Positions 39,256 to 47,976 of a DNA stretch of 64,000 nt are shown in pieces (position 1 is the first letter of the stretch; each line of letters begins with the position of its first letter). The notes under the pieces were generated by a model. That model did not search any database. It had not been told where the DNA came from and saw only the letters and a program-made list of their open reading frames with translations. The DNA is from an uncultured Luminiphilus sp. (GTDB lineage: Bacteria > Pseudomonadota > Gammaproteobacteria > Pseudomonadales > Halieaceae), in assembly GCA_905182485.1 (NCBI GenBank), contig CAJJBO010000007.1, positions 63,097 to 127,096 on the forward strand, read 5' to 3'. The position numbers were made by a program, and so were the translations under genes.

Positions 39256-40466
39256 GGATTGGTCTCCTGTGCAATCTGAATGGCGCCTTCATCATGAAGG
39301 GTCGCCAAATATTCATCGTCATAACCCACCTCTCGCAGTAGTTCGCGAGTGTGCTCGCCCAGGCCAGGGGGTAAGCGACGAATGCTGGCGGGTGTCTTTT
39401 CAAAATTCATTGGCGGACTCGAGAACCTAAGCCGACCCTCGGTCGGGTGATCATGCTCTTGCCAGAATCCGCTCTCCACTAACTGTGGGTCGTCAATTAA
39501 CTCATCTAATGAATTCACTACCATCATTGGCACGTTAGTATCACCGAGCAAATCGACCCACTCTTGACGGGTTTTACTCGCGATGATGGCGCCGGTCTCA
39601 CGGTAGGATTCATTAATATTAGCCAGCCGTAGCGCCATGGTTTGAAAGCGTGGATCTTCGGCCAGTTCTGGCTTGTCCGCTACTGCGCAAAAGGTACCCC
39701 AATGGTTATCCCAGTAGGGTAAAACCGCAAGATAGAGGCCGTCGGCCGTTTTATAAGGTCGGCGGTGAGACGCCATGAGCCTGACATATCCGGCTTTATC
39801 GAGTGGCGGCACAAAGCTCTGGCCCCATAAATGCTCGGTCATGACAAATGACACCATGCTTTCAAACATGGGGACCTCAATAGCCTGTCCTTCTCCGGTG
39901 CGTTCGCGGTGAAAAAGTGCGGCCAAAACGCTTTGCACAACCATTAGGCCGGTTGTTTTATCGGCGATAATAGTTGGTAAGTAGCGAGGCTCTCCCTCGA
40001 CCATGCTTTGTAATACTGCTATCCCACTGGCGGCTTGAATCGAATCATCCAGTGCCCCTTTATCGCCGTAGGGCCCTTTTTTGCTATAGCCATAGGTGGC
40101 GCAATACACCACAGAAGAATTCACTGCCTTCACTTTTTCGTAATCAAGCCCTAAACGCTCCATGGCTTGAGGTCGAAAGTTATGGACGACGACATCGGCG
40201 GTGGCGATGAGTTTGAGCGCTGCCTCCCGACCGGCTGTGCTTTTCAAGTCGAGTGCGACGGACCGCTTGTTACGATTGCACGTGAGAAATAAAGCCGACA
40301 TTTTAGGGTCGTTAAAATGCGGCCCTAAATTGCGGTTTGTATCACCGGCTAGGGGTTCGATTTTGACGATATCGGCGCCAAGATCCCCCAGCATTTGACA
40401 GGCATAGGGTCCAAGGACGACCGAGGTCATCTCGACGACGCGAATGCCTTCTAGTGGTGTGCTGAT
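39252..40466 (-). CDS. CaiB/BaiF class III CoA transferase
   Basis: PLEGIRVVEMTSVVLGPY, LGDLGADIVKIEP, NRNKRSVALDLK, PPGLGEHT; the reading frame extends to an ATC at 40466 with a GGAGGG RBS. Confidence 0.9.
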   Translation of the reverse strand: MSTPLEGIRVVEMTSVVLGPYACQMLGDLGADIVKIEPLAGDTNRNLGPHFNDPKMSALFLTCNRNKRSVALDLKSTAGREAALKLIATADVVVHNFRPQAMERLGLDYEKVKAVNSSVVYCATYGYSKKGPYGDKGALDDSIQAASGIAVLQSMVEGEPRYLPTIIADKTTGLMVVQSVLAALFHRERTGEGQAIEVPMFESMVSFVMTEHLWGQSFVPPLDKAGYVRLMASHRRPYKTADGLYLAVLPYWDNHWGTFCAVADKPELAEDPRFQTMALRLANINESYRETGAIIASKTRQEWVDLLGDTNVPMMVVNSLDELIDDPQLVESGFWQEHDHPTEGRLRFSSPPMNFEKTPASIRRLPPGLGEHTRELLREVGYDDEYLATLHDEGAIQIAQETNP

Positions 40467-41329
40467 GACAAGCCCTCCAATCCATAGACCCGTATTGCGT
40501 TATCGCGCATGAACTTGCGACGTACCTCGGGTTTGAGCTCAAATGCATTCACTTCATCGACGGTACGCTTGAAGCGCAACACGGGAAAATCAGTGCCAAA
40601 GATCACCTTATTTTGGCCGTAAGAATTGATGAAATGTTTGACTGAATCTGGCCAGTATTTGGGACTGTGCGCGTCGGTCACAATAAAGACATTGTCGTGC
40701 TTCCAGGCCATGGCGATCATTTCGTCATGCCAAGGTATGCCCACGTGGGTGCCCAGTAACTTGAGTTCTGGGAGGTCACAAGCAATATCGTCCAAGTAAA
40801 TAGGGCGTCCAACTGAGCGACAAGGATGTTCTTTCGCGTAAATCAGTGATTGGCCTACCTGCATTTGGACCGGGATACCGAGCTCGATACATTTGGAGTA
40901 GAAGGGGTAGTACTTAGCATTATTCGGCGGCAACTCGAACCAGTGCGGATATAAGTGTGCGCCCACAAAGCCAAACTCTTTGACCGCAGTCTCTAACTGT
41001 CGCACGCCGTTCATACCCATATAAGGGTCGAGTCCGAGCATGCCCCTAAAACGGTCGGGGTACTGCTCTACTGCCCGCGACACCACCTCAAGTGGCATGT
41101 GGTAGCAGCCCGGTAAACCCACGCGACCCGCTTTGGCCGCGACGAGAAAAGCGATGTCGATACCCGCTTCATCCATCCCTTCGATCATTGCCTCGAGCGT
41201 GATGCCCGCAGAGTCATGCTTGCCCTTTACCTTCCCGACAAAGAACTCATCAGTCCAGCCGGGGCGGTGCGATAGCGCCTCGGGTGTCCAAATGTTGCAA
41301 ACGGCATCAATGGTTTGGTAGTCACTCAT
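40451..41329 (-). CDS. Amidohydrolase_2 family protein
   Basis: MDEAGID, GAHLYPHWF, GTHVGIPW, KVIFGTDFP, NAIRVY; start MSDYQT at 41329 (the longer ORF to 41821 is a spurious extension). Confidence 0.87.
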   Translation of the reverse strand: MSDYQTIDAVCNIWTPEALSHRPGWTDEFFVGKVKGKHDSAGITLEAMIEGMDEAGIDIAFLVAAKAGRVGLPGCYHMPLEVVSRAVEQYPDRFRGMLGLDPYMGMNGVRQLETAVKEFGFVGAHLYPHWFELPPNNAKYYPFYSKCIELGIPVQMQVGQSLIYAKEHPCRSVGRPIYLDDIACDLPELKLLGTHVGIPWHDEMIAMAWKHDNVFIVTDAHSPKYWPDSVKHFINSYGQNKVIFGTDFPVLRFKRTVDEVNAFELKPEVRRKFMRDNAIRVYGLEGLSSAHH

Positions 41330-41331
41330 CC

Positions 41332-42051
41332 TTATAATCCCATCCATCCAATCGCGATACCGCACCCTAGCATGGTGGCGCCGGCGGTAGAGTGACCGAA
41401 GCGCGCGAGTGCCGGCACGCGTAATCTCTCGAGTCCCAGTTGTCCGATGGCGACCGCTCCTAGCATGGTGAGCACAGTCACGATGGCAAAGACACCGGTC
41501 ACCCAAAAGATGCCGGCAACGCTTTGTGTGGCGGCTGGAAACATCAGCAGTGGGATCAGTGGTTCGCAGGGTCCGAGGACAAAAATAATGAAGATAGCCC
41601 ATGGCGTCAGTGAGCCTGACGGCGGCGCTTCGATATTGTGGCTTCGGGCTTTGTGGGCGTGAAGATGCGCATGGTAATGGCTCACGTGGCCGTGAGAATG
41701 CCACCCGGACCGGTGTTCTGGGCGTTGCCGATAGGCATGCCGAAGCCCCCAAACAAGGTACAGTGCTCCGACACCGCATAAGCTCCAGGCTGCAATATCC
41801 CCACGGAGTGTTTCGACCCATTCGAGGCGAGTGAGCTCAAGTCCGACACCAATCCCGATGGCACCCAGTACCACCGAACCCACAAGGTGTCCCGAGCCGC
41901 AGAGCAGAACAACCCGCAAGGTTTTAGACAAAGACCATCCGCGTGCGCGGGCCATTGCAATAAAGGGCAGGTAGTGATCAGGCCCCAATAAGGTATGCAG
42001 AAACGCAATGGATGCAGCCGATACAATCAAGACTATTAATTCAGGAGCCAT
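41332..42051 (-). CDS. Nickel/cobalt transporter (UreH/SodT/NicO-like)
   Basis: TM1 signature LHTLLGPDH, GSGH in TM2, His-rich loop HSHGHVSHYHAHLHAH, LGPCEP; about 6 TM helices. Confidence 0.78.
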   Translation of the reverse strand: MAPELIVLIVSAASIAFLHTLLGPDHYLPFIAMARARGWSLSKTLRVVLLCGSGHLVGSVVLGAIGIGVGLELTRLEWVETLRGDIAAWSLCGVGALYLVWGLRHAYRQRPEHRSGWHSHGHVSHYHAHLHAHKARSHNIEAPPSGSLTPWAIFIIFVLGPCEPLIPLLMFPAATQSVAGIFWVTGVFAIVTVLTMLGAVAIGQLGLERLRVPALARFGHSTAGATMLGCGIAIGWMGL

Positions 42052-42327
42052 ACCACCTTACACCGATGCCAACGATACCTGCCGCTCGGTCTGACCCTCG
42101 CGCAGTTTGACTTATTGTTCAGCGTTTATACCAAATGCGGTGCCTAGCGGCTAGAGTCGTTGTCAATAAACTTTGAGGGGAGCTGTGTTGGGTCTGGGTT
42201 TGGGTTTCGTTGGCAATGGCTTGAGGCGCCTGCCGCAATGTGTTGCAGTGTAGTGCCGATTATCGCCGGGGTCACTCCCCGTCAGGACGACGCCTATGAT
42301 CGACAGTCTTAAAGCGAGAGGGCTACC

Positions 42328-43776
42328 TTGCCCTCTTCAACACCAGTGAATAGCAGCAAGCCGGTCGGCTGGGCGGTCACTTGCGCCTACGGTTTTGGTG
42401 CGGTGGCTTATGGCATCAAAGATAACGGGTTCGCCTATTTGCTGCTGTTGTTTTACGGGACTGTCGTCGGATTGGAGCCTGCACTGGCCGGAACGGCATT
42501 ATTGGTGGCGTTGATTTTTGACGCATTCAGCGATCCTGTAGTGGGCTATTGGTCAGACAATACCCGCTCTCGTTGGGGTCGCAGGCATCCTTTCATGTAT
42601 GCGGCCGCCATTCCCGTTGCACTGTGTTATTCCCTGTTGTGGCAGCCTCCCGAATGGAGTGATGGTGCCTTGTTTGCCTATCTCGTCATCATGGCAATTT
42701 TGATCCGCACGTTGATCACCTTCTATGAAACGCCCAGTTCTGCCCTAATGCCGGAACTCACCGCAGACTACGATGAGCGGACCTCGATACAGGCGTGGCG
42801 CTCTTTTTTTGGCTGGGCTGGCGGCGCGGGTATGGCGGTCTTCACGTATGGATTCCTACTAGTGCCGACGGAGGCGTACCCCGTTGGCATACTCAACCGC
42901 GACGGATATCAAACCTACGGTCAAATATCGGCCGTCGTTATGTTGATTGCCATATTGGTGTCGGCACTCGGCACCCATCATCGGATTGGAACGCTCGCTG
43001 CGCCTGCGTCTCGCAACCAGCAGGGGCTCGTCTCTGTGTTGAGTGAAGTGTTGGAGACCCTGAGAGACAAGAGTTTTTTTGCCCTTTTTATCTCGTCAAT
43101 GGCCAGCGCGGTGGCGACGGGCCTGACAGCGGCATTAACCTTTTTGATGTTGACCTACTTTTGGGCGTTCTCCTCAGAACAGATTTACTACTGGACCGCC
43201 TTGGTGGTCCTGTCTGCACTGATCGGGTTGATGATCGCACCCCGGGCATCAAAGCGTTGGGGCAAAAAAGGGGCCGCGATACGTCTCGGGTTGTTGGCAT
43301 TTACAGTGCAGCCCCTACCCGTTGTATTCCGGTTAATCGGCTGGATGCCCGACAATGGTGATCCGCTGTTATTTCCCATTTTAGCGGTGGTGAACACGAT
43401 TGACTTAGGCCTGATTATTGCGATGCAGGCTATCTTATATTCAATGTTGGCCGATCTTGTTGAGCGCAGTGAAGTCAGGACGGGCCGCCGAAACGAAGGG
43501 GTGTTTTTCTCAGCACTCACTTTTATCCGCAAAACCAATCAAGGTATCGGCGCATTTATCGCGGGCATCATTTTACAGTCGGTTGCACTGCCTCGTGGCG
43601 TCGCCCCAGAGCAGATTCCCGCGGCATCGCTGACACAGCTCGGTGGGTGGCTGGTTGTCTTGCAGTGGATTTTGTGGACCATCATGCTGGTGGCGCTAGC
43701 TTTTTATCGCTTAGATCGGCATCAACATCAATTGAATTTAGCGACGATTCAGGCGCGTCACAGCGATGCAAGGTGA
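42328..43776 (+). CDS. MFS transporter, glycoside-pentoside-hexuronide (MelB-like) family
   Basis: DAFSDPVVGYWSDNTRSRWGRRHPF, ELTADYDER, TGRRNEG; about 12 TM helices. Confidence 0.88.
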   Translation: MPSSTPVNSSKPVGWAVTCAYGFGAVAYGIKDNGFAYLLLLFYGTVVGLEPALAGTALLVALIFDAFSDPVVGYWSDNTRSRWGRRHPFMYAAAIPVALCYSLLWQPPEWSDGALFAYLVIMAILIRTLITFYETPSSALMPELTADYDERTSIQAWRSFFGWAGGAGMAVFTYGFLLVPTEAYPVGILNRDGYQTYGQISAVVMLIAILVSALGTHHRIGTLAAPASRNQQGLVSVLSEVLETLRDKSFFALFISSMASAVATGLTAALTFLMLTYFWAFSSEQIYYWTALVVLSALIGLMIAPRASKRWGKKGAAIRLGLLAFTVQPLPVVFRLIGWMPDNGDPLLFPILAVVNTIDLGLIIAMQAILYSMLADLVERSEVRTGRRNEGVFFSALTFIRKTNQGIGAFIAGIILQSVALPRGVAPEQIPAASLTQLGGWLVVLQWILWTIMLVALAFYRLDRHQHQLNLATIQARHSDAR

Positions 43777-43830
43777 CGCGCCTTGCCCTACTAATGGCGA
43801 AGCAAAACCCTAGTGGCCTGCGAAAATATC

Positions 43831-43849
43831 ATGGCATACTAAGTGACAT
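43831..43849. promoter_or_regulatory. Imperfect inverted repeat, putative TetR autoregulatory operator
   Basis: ATGGCA-TACTAAG-TGACAT about 30 nt upstream of the TetR start. Confidence 0.45.
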
Positions 43850-43879
43850 AAGCATCTGAGGGCCTAGCTAGGTGGAACA

Positions 43880-44467
43880 ATGACTCTTAAAATTGCCCCA
43901 ACCTCTGATGGCCGGCGTCAGCGCAGTGAGCGCAGTCAAGTCGCGATTGTTGAGGCGGCGCTGACGCTGATCAGTGAGGAAAAGCAGGTGCCGACTGCGC
44001 AACAGATTGCTGATCGCGCCGGCGTGAGTATCCGTTCGTTTTTTCGCCATTTCGCCGACATGGACGCCCTATTTCTGTCAGCGGACGAAATGCTTGGAGC
44101 GTCCTACGAGACATTGTTTGCGGTCAGTGATCGATCTGGCACATTATCCCAGCGCATCAGTCATGCGGTTGAGCTGTATGGTAATGCCTTTGATCAACTG
44201 TGTGACTTGATTCTCTGTACCCAGGCGTTGGCGTGGCGCTTTCCTGCACTGCAAGCACGTTATGCTTATCATCAAAAAAGGCTGCGTAACGAGCTCGAAC
44301 TGTGGTTACCCGAGGTCGCTACCTCACTGAGTACACAGCGCGAAGCGGTGCATGCGGTAGCATCCTTTGAGATGTGGCATCGCTTACGAGAGCATCAGCG
44401 GCTATCGCAAAAAAGCTGTCATGAAATCATTAGAGGGTTGGTGACGGACTTGCTAGCAAACCGCTGA
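43880..44467 (+). CDS. TetR/AcrR family transcriptional regulator
   Basis: DGRRQRSERS, PTAQQIADRAGVSIRSFFRHF HTH. Confidence 0.92.
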   Translation: MTLKIAPTSDGRRQRSERSQVAIVEAALTLISEEKQVPTAQQIADRAGVSIRSFFRHFADMDALFLSADEMLGASYETLFAVSDRSGTLSQRISHAVELYGNAFDQLCDLILCTQALAWRFPALQARYAYHQKRLRNELELWLPEVATSLSTQREAVHAVASFEMWHRLREHQRLSQKSCHEIIRGLVTDLLANR

Positions 44468-44482
44468 GTAAAGGCACTTATC

Positions 44483-45856
44483 ATGGCAAAAAAATTCGAA
44501 GACCAAGGTGGCGCGGCGACCATGGACCCGAGTCGTTTAGAGCGTTGGCTCACCTCAAAAGTCATGACGCGTCTGTCTCAAACGAGCTCAGCGAAGGCCC
44601 GCCATGCCAAGGCTGAACGGACACGGTTAAAAGTAAGTGCACCACATGAAGTGCATTATTTTCATCAAGTGGACGATGGTTATAGTCATTTAACAGCTCA
44701 GCTATTGATGCCATTGCTCGCACGTTACGACATCGAGCTACGTTGTCATCTGGTGCGCGCTGATCAGGGAAAAAATGTGCCGGAACCAGAGCTATTGGCG
44801 CGTCTGTCTCGTTACGAATCTCATTTGGTGGCACCCGGTTATGGGCTCGTCTTTCCTGATCATCTACAAGAGCCAGATGCGCATCATGTGTCATTGGCGA
44901 CTCGTATTCTGGCGGCACAATCAGCCGACACGTTTCCTGAAATAGCGGCAAAAGTGGGTGACGCTCTTTGGTCGGGGGATGGTGCTCGACTGGATCATCT
45001 CGCCGAGGTGTCAGGTTGTACAGTTATTGAGCATGCTGACGCGGCGGTGGATACTGGCAATCAGTTGCGGCATGAAATGAAGCATTACTCAGGCGCGATG
45101 TTTTATTACGGTGGTGAGTGGTATTGGGGTGCTGACCGTCTTTATTTGCTTGAGCAGCGACTAGCCGCATTGGGTGTGGACCGCTACTCTGAGCGGGACT
45201 TTATAGCGCCGCGCCCCTCAATAACGCTTCCCCAAAAGCGCGATAACAAAGCCTTTACTTTGGAGTTCTACGCCTCATTGCGCAGCCCCTACACCGCAGT
45301 CGTGTTTGACCGCGTGGTTGCCTTTGCACGAGAGGCTGGGGTAACCCTCGCATTGCGACCTGTTTTACCGATGGTCATGCGGGGTGTGCCGGCAACGCGA
45401 GCGAAGGGCATGTATATTTTTATGGATGCCGCTCGAGAAGCGCACAAAGCAGGTGTGCCTTACGGCAACTTTTACGATCCCATCGGTGACCCTGTCCGCA
45501 AGTGTTATGCCCTGTACCCCTGGGCCGCATCGCAAGGTAAAGGAGTTGAACTGTTATCAAGCTTTTTACGGCATGCCTTTGCGTTGGGCGTCAACACCAG
45601 TACCGAGAGCGGATTAAAGAAAGTAGTGGAGGCGGCGGGTTTGGATTGGGTTGCTGCTCAGGCGCATCGACAGGACACCACTTGGGAGGCACTGCTCGAG
45701 GAAAACCGCCTCGCTATGTACCAAGCGGGCCTTTGGGGCGTGCCCAGTTTTCGTTTGATCGATCCGAAAGGTGAAACCGTATTGGCGGTGTGGGGTCAGG
45801 ACCGCTTGTGGCTGCTGGCCCAAAAGTTGTGTGAGAGGGTGAATCAGGAGTTGTAG
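44483..45856 (+). CDS. Tandem DsbA-family / 2-hydroxychromene-2-carboxylate isomerase (kappa GST-like) protein
   Basis: Two repeats: YFHQVDDGYSHL...WYWGADRL and FYASLRSPYT...GLWGVPSF...WGQDRL. Confidence 0.82.
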   Translation: MAKKFEDQGGAATMDPSRLERWLTSKVMTRLSQTSSAKARHAKAERTRLKVSAPHEVHYFHQVDDGYSHLTAQLLMPLLARYDIELRCHLVRADQGKNVPEPELLARLSRYESHLVAPGYGLVFPDHLQEPDAHHVSLATRILAAQSADTFPEIAAKVGDALWSGDGARLDHLAEVSGCTVIEHADAAVDTGNQLRHEMKHYSGAMFYYGGEWYWGADRLYLLEQRLAALGVDRYSERDFIAPRPSITLPQKRDNKAFTLEFYASLRSPYTAVVFDRVVAFAREAGVTLALRPVLPMVMRGVPATRAKGMYIFMDAAREAHKAGVPYGNFYDPIGDPVRKCYALYPWAASQGKGVELLSSFLRHAFALGVNTSTESGLKKVVEAAGLDWVAAQAHRQDTTWEALLEENRLAMYQAGLWGVPSFRLIDPKGETVLAVWGQDRLWLLAQKLCERVNQEL

Positions 45857-45950
45857 GGATCAAAAGCCTGAGTGACGGCCGCGCTTAATTGGTGGGTCCG
45901 TATCTTTCGGCTACCCCGTGTGCTCATTCAGAGGAGGCGTGAAAAGGCGC

Positions 45951-46208
45951 ATGCAAGCACTGAAAACGAGGCTGTCTGGGTTGCTCGCCTGGTGGGCGTT
46001 TCTGCACGCTGGCTTACTCCTCGACCTCACAATTTTGTGGGCGCTGGGCATAACACCGTCTACGATTGCGTGGTTCGGCGCCTTTGTCGACGCCTATTCG
46101 GGTTTCTTCTTGATGAATGGCGTCTTATTCTTGAGCTTCGCGCCGGCTGTCTGGATCACGCTCCGGCTTGTGACCGGCCGCTCGAGGATTCTCCCCTGGC
46201 GGGCATAG
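45951..46208 (+). CDS. Small membrane hypothetical protein
   Basis: Two hydrophobic segments, basic C-terminus GRSRILPWRA; GAGGAG upstream. Confidence 0.55.
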   Translation: MQALKTRLSGLLAWWAFLHAGLLLDLTILWALGITPSTIAWFGAFVDAYSGFFLMNGVLFLSFAPAVWITLRLVTGRSRILPWRA

Positions 46209-46227
46209 AACGAGGAGCCTGACGGTA

Positions 46228-46374
46228 ATGGATTACAGCGAGTTCAAAGGGCTTCAAGTCCTGCTGTTCTTTGGTCTTCCGTTGGCTTTTGCCGTTTGGC
46301 AGCTCATTGTGACTCAGCGCGCCCAGAGAGCGGCAGACGAAGCCAACGACTCACCGACCAAGCGAGACGACTGA
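46228..46374 (+). CDS. 48-aa single-TM small protein (below the ORF-track cutoff)
   Basis: GAGGAG RBS; MDYSEFKGLQVLLFFGLPLAFAVWQLIVTQRAQRAADEANDSPTKRDD*. Confidence 0.55.
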   Translation: MDYSEFKGLQVLLFFGLPLAFAVWQLIVTQRAQRAADEANDSPTKRDD

Positions 46375-46518
46375 GACAGCTGGACAGGCAGTTGGCGCCC
46401 TCATTACCCAGGGTGCCGTCAGTGCGTCTGCGCTGGGGTGAGTTGCATTGACGCGATTGGCATGGCTCACGGTTGCGAAGAGTACGACAGCTATGGTGAC
46501 GATCCAAAGCATCCTCAT
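46351..46518 (-). CDS. 55-aa putative secreted small protein (below cutoff)
   Basis: AAGGAGG RBS 7 nt upstream; MRMLWIVTIAVVLFATVSHA signal-like N-terminus. Confidence 0.45.
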   Translation of the reverse strand: MRMLWIVTIAVVLFATVSHANRVNATHPSADALTAPWVMRAPTACPAVSVVSLGR

Positions 46519-46676
46519 TCTGGAACCTCCTTCAGCGATCGCCGCTGCGAGGTCGACGATCGGTTGGTTACCGGCCCGGTTCTGCGGTGACTGCCTTTAT
46601 AGCGGCTCGGGGAAGCGGGTATCTGCTTACGTCGTGGCGTAGGCAGTGCATTTTTTTCTATCCATAGAAATCGCAT
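46515..46676 (-). CDS. 53-aa basic small protein (below cutoff)
   Basis: GGGAG RBS; MRFLWIEKNALPTPRRK...KEVPE*; ATGA overlap with the next small ORF. Confidence 0.4.
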   Translation of the reverse strand: MRFLWIEKNALPTPRRKQIPASPSRYKGSHRRTGPVTNRSSTSQRRSLKEVPE

Positions 46677-46697
46677 GGTCAATCTCCCATCAGTGAT

Positions 46698-46725
46698 GCC
46701 TTCCGTGGCGCTTTGTCATCCTTGA
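46698..46725 (-). promoter_or_regulatory. Two GGA hairpins resembling CsrA/RsmA binding sites
   Basis: Minus strand TCA-AGGA-TGA and GCC-ACGGAA-GGC just upstream of the small-ORF RBS. Confidence 0.55.
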
Positions 46726-46883
46726 TCGCCACTAGTTTGCCGCGTAACGGACGTGGTGGATTGACCAACTGCGCCAAAGTGTTAACAAAAGGTGTCACGC
46801 GTGCCGGGTCGGCGCTCGGCAAGGAGGAGCCGTCGTTAGCGAGGTCCTTTTTGTTTCGCTGAGGGTGACTGCTCGACAGAGTG

Positions 46884-47318
46884 TTACGGGCTTAAGGTAC
46901 TGAATACCTCCCTCAACAGCATGGTGGCTAAAGCAGCCCAACTGAGTATGAACAGCGTGAAACGGAGCCAAACATGGTTAATCGTCACTTGCACAAGCGA
47001 GTGGGTAAACCGAAGCCCGCAGTATGCCCAAGCCGAATACAGGTGCATCGGATCGGTGTGGTCGAGCGCCCATATCACCATCACAACGGCATAAAAAAGG
47101 GTGGGCTGCTCCCAAAGATGATTGTAGTTATCCGCAACACGCTCAACGTGGCTAGGAAATACGCCCCCTAGCTGCGACGGATGTGATAACTCTTGCAGCA
47201 CGACACCCTCGGTCTCAAGTTGTTTCGCTGCAGGGATACGTGTGAGATACATCAGGAGCATCATTAACAAGCTCAATACACCCATAAACAGAATCGGTTG
47301 AAGTATCAGGTCATTCAT
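46884..47318 (-). CDS. MAPEG family membrane protein
   Basis: MYLTRIPA, ADNYNHLWEQPTLFY, AWAYCGLRFTHSLVQ; start MNDLILQP. Confidence 0.85.
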   Translation of the reverse strand: MNDLILQPILFMGVLSLLMMLLMYLTRIPAAKQLETEGVVLQELSHPSQLGGVFPSHVERVADNYNHLWEQPTLFYAVVMVIWALDHTDPMHLYSAWAYCGLRFTHSLVQVTINHVWLRFTLFILSWAALATMLLREVFSTLSP

Positions 47319-47569
47319 TCGGTTAAATCCAAACAGTGTGCGACGTTCTAGTTTACGCGGGAACTGCTTATGAGACGAAGATCGCCTCACGACGAGCTAC
47401 TCGATTAGGACTCATCGAGCGTCATGAGCTGCGTGTGACGCAGATCAATCGGATGATAGCGTTGAATGGCGTGGATGCGTGCTGGCGGTCTCGGAGACGA
47501 TGCAGATAGCCGGTCACTGGATTTGAAAAGAAAAGGTGGTGACGTTAGGGTCTGTAGCGAATACTCATT

Positions 47570-47884
47570 ATGACAAGCGAGAACCGCCGCATGAGAACAG
47601 TTTTATTAGGTTTTATTGGTGTTGGTTTGGCGGCCTGCGCCGTCGCGCTCTGGCTGCTTGTCTTCCGCCTGCCAGAGGAGGCACCGGTGGTGACGCCTTC
47701 TGAGCCGACGCTGATTGGTGACTTAACGATTGAGGCCTTTTCTGAGGTCGTGCGAGGGACTGTTCTGCAGACCTTATCCGACTGCTCAGTCGAGGGTAAA
47801 ATGCAGGGCAAAGCGAAGATCAATTTTGATGTGGCTGGTTACGTGACGGCGCAATTCACCTGCAATGTCGAGCCAGACGACTAG
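47570..47884 (+). CDS. Membrane-anchored hypothetical protein
   Basis: N-terminal TM helix, two Cys in the soluble part; no family recognised. Confidence 0.5.
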   Translation: MTSENRRMRTVLLGFIGVGLAACAVALWLLVFRLPEEAPVVTPSEPTLIGDLTIEAFSEVVRGTVLQTLSDCSVEGKMQGKAKINFDVAGYVTAQFTCNVEPDD

Positions 47885-47976
47885 GCGTGTCAAATCAGGG
47901 TCAGCAGAGAGACAGCATTCTCTCAAGCACTGCTGAATGCAATGTAGCAATAAGCAATGCAAAAATGGTGCAGGTA

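Noticed and set aside
41330-41821. N-terminal extension making a 456-aa amidohydrolase
   Set aside because: The extension overlaps the Ni transporter in another frame; the family-like sequence starts at MSDYQT (41329).
42280-42292. CGTC-AGGAC-GACG hairpin as a CsrA site for the MFS gene
   Set aside because: It is a single site, not overlapping the RBS and upstream of a possible -10 (TATGAT), so the evidence is too weak.
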